Shown in pieces: positions 63,601 to 64,000 of a stretch of 64,000 nt of DNA (the first letter of the stretch is position 1; the number at the start of each line of letters is the position of its first letter). A program made the translations under genes and the position numbers. Origin of the DNA: Epiperipatus broadwayi (Eukaryota > Animalia > Onychophora); NCBI GenBank assembly GCA_028023455.1, contig JAQFVV010000010.1, forward strand, positions 5,394,001 to 5,458,000, in the 5' to 3' direction. The notes below the pieces were generated by a model, which was given only the letters and a program-made list of their open reading frames with translations, searched no databases and had not been told where the DNA came from.

Positions 63601-64000
63601 TAAATCAGAAAAGGCCCCAGCAGATAGCATACTTTGAGTTTCTAAAAAAGTTAAGACTTAAAGCAAAGCTTAGTTGAAAAACTATTCAAAAATATTATTA
63701 ACACACAAATTATTTCAAAAAAATTGACATAGAAACAAAACTACACCAATCTTAAAAAAATCTAACAGTAATCCCAACAAATTACCATGTATTCTCCACA
63801 AGCTGTTGGAAAAAATCATATTAACAAAATTCTGCTAATAGTTGAAAGCCATCTCTATAAAGCAGGCTGGATTTACATTAAAAAGAAAGTGTGCTATGAA
63901 CAAATTTTATTTTTATAAATTTACACTAAGAGGTTTTCAAAATAAATTAAAAATTAATGTTAAACTTTGTAAAAATAATCATCTAAAAGTCTTTAGAATC

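Noticed and set aside
1-64000. CRISPR arrays, rRNA genes or prokaryotic defence systems
   Set aside because: The DNA is spliceosomal eukaryotic sequence with no regularly spaced repeat-spacer arrays, rRNA-like sequence or long ORFs.

Overview
This is a very AT-rich, CpG-depleted animal genomic window, most likely from an invertebrate; the species cannot be determined from the sequence. The window lies almost entirely inside one minus-strand gene, a Vps54 orthologue (GARP complex subunit). I could join six short, phase-compatible GT-AG coding exons by hand: 59441-59336, 41389-41355, 41263-41135, 29833-29691, 7130-7031 and 417-275 (656 nt, about 218 codons). The ORF track reports none of them, and the gene's start and end lie outside the window. 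The introns (91 nt to 22.6 kb) are filled with decayed RTE-type LINEs, Ty3/Gypsy remnants, three copies of a ~1.7-kb LTR-like repeat, a TIR element with TTAGGG repeats, a tRNA-derived mini-SINE and several hairpins. The most interesting signal is a set of short non-coding retroelements with 330-460-bp units. They are inserted as unit + partial tandem, usually with an inverted arm, and flanked by 9-16-bp target-site duplications (TSDs). Two homologous families (A, B) and one unrelated hairpin element (E) carry minimal type I hammerhead ribozyme motifs with a palindromic stem-loop III, as known from Penelope-like elements (PLEs) and retrozymes. One copy (47565-47623) is fully intact and in the sense orientation of the Vps54 pre-mRNA. 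A further family (D) has the same architecture but no canonical hammerhead. All alignments, translations and folds were done by eye. Exon, TSD and ribozyme coordinates were counted base by base, while most transposon-remnant boundaries are approximate.
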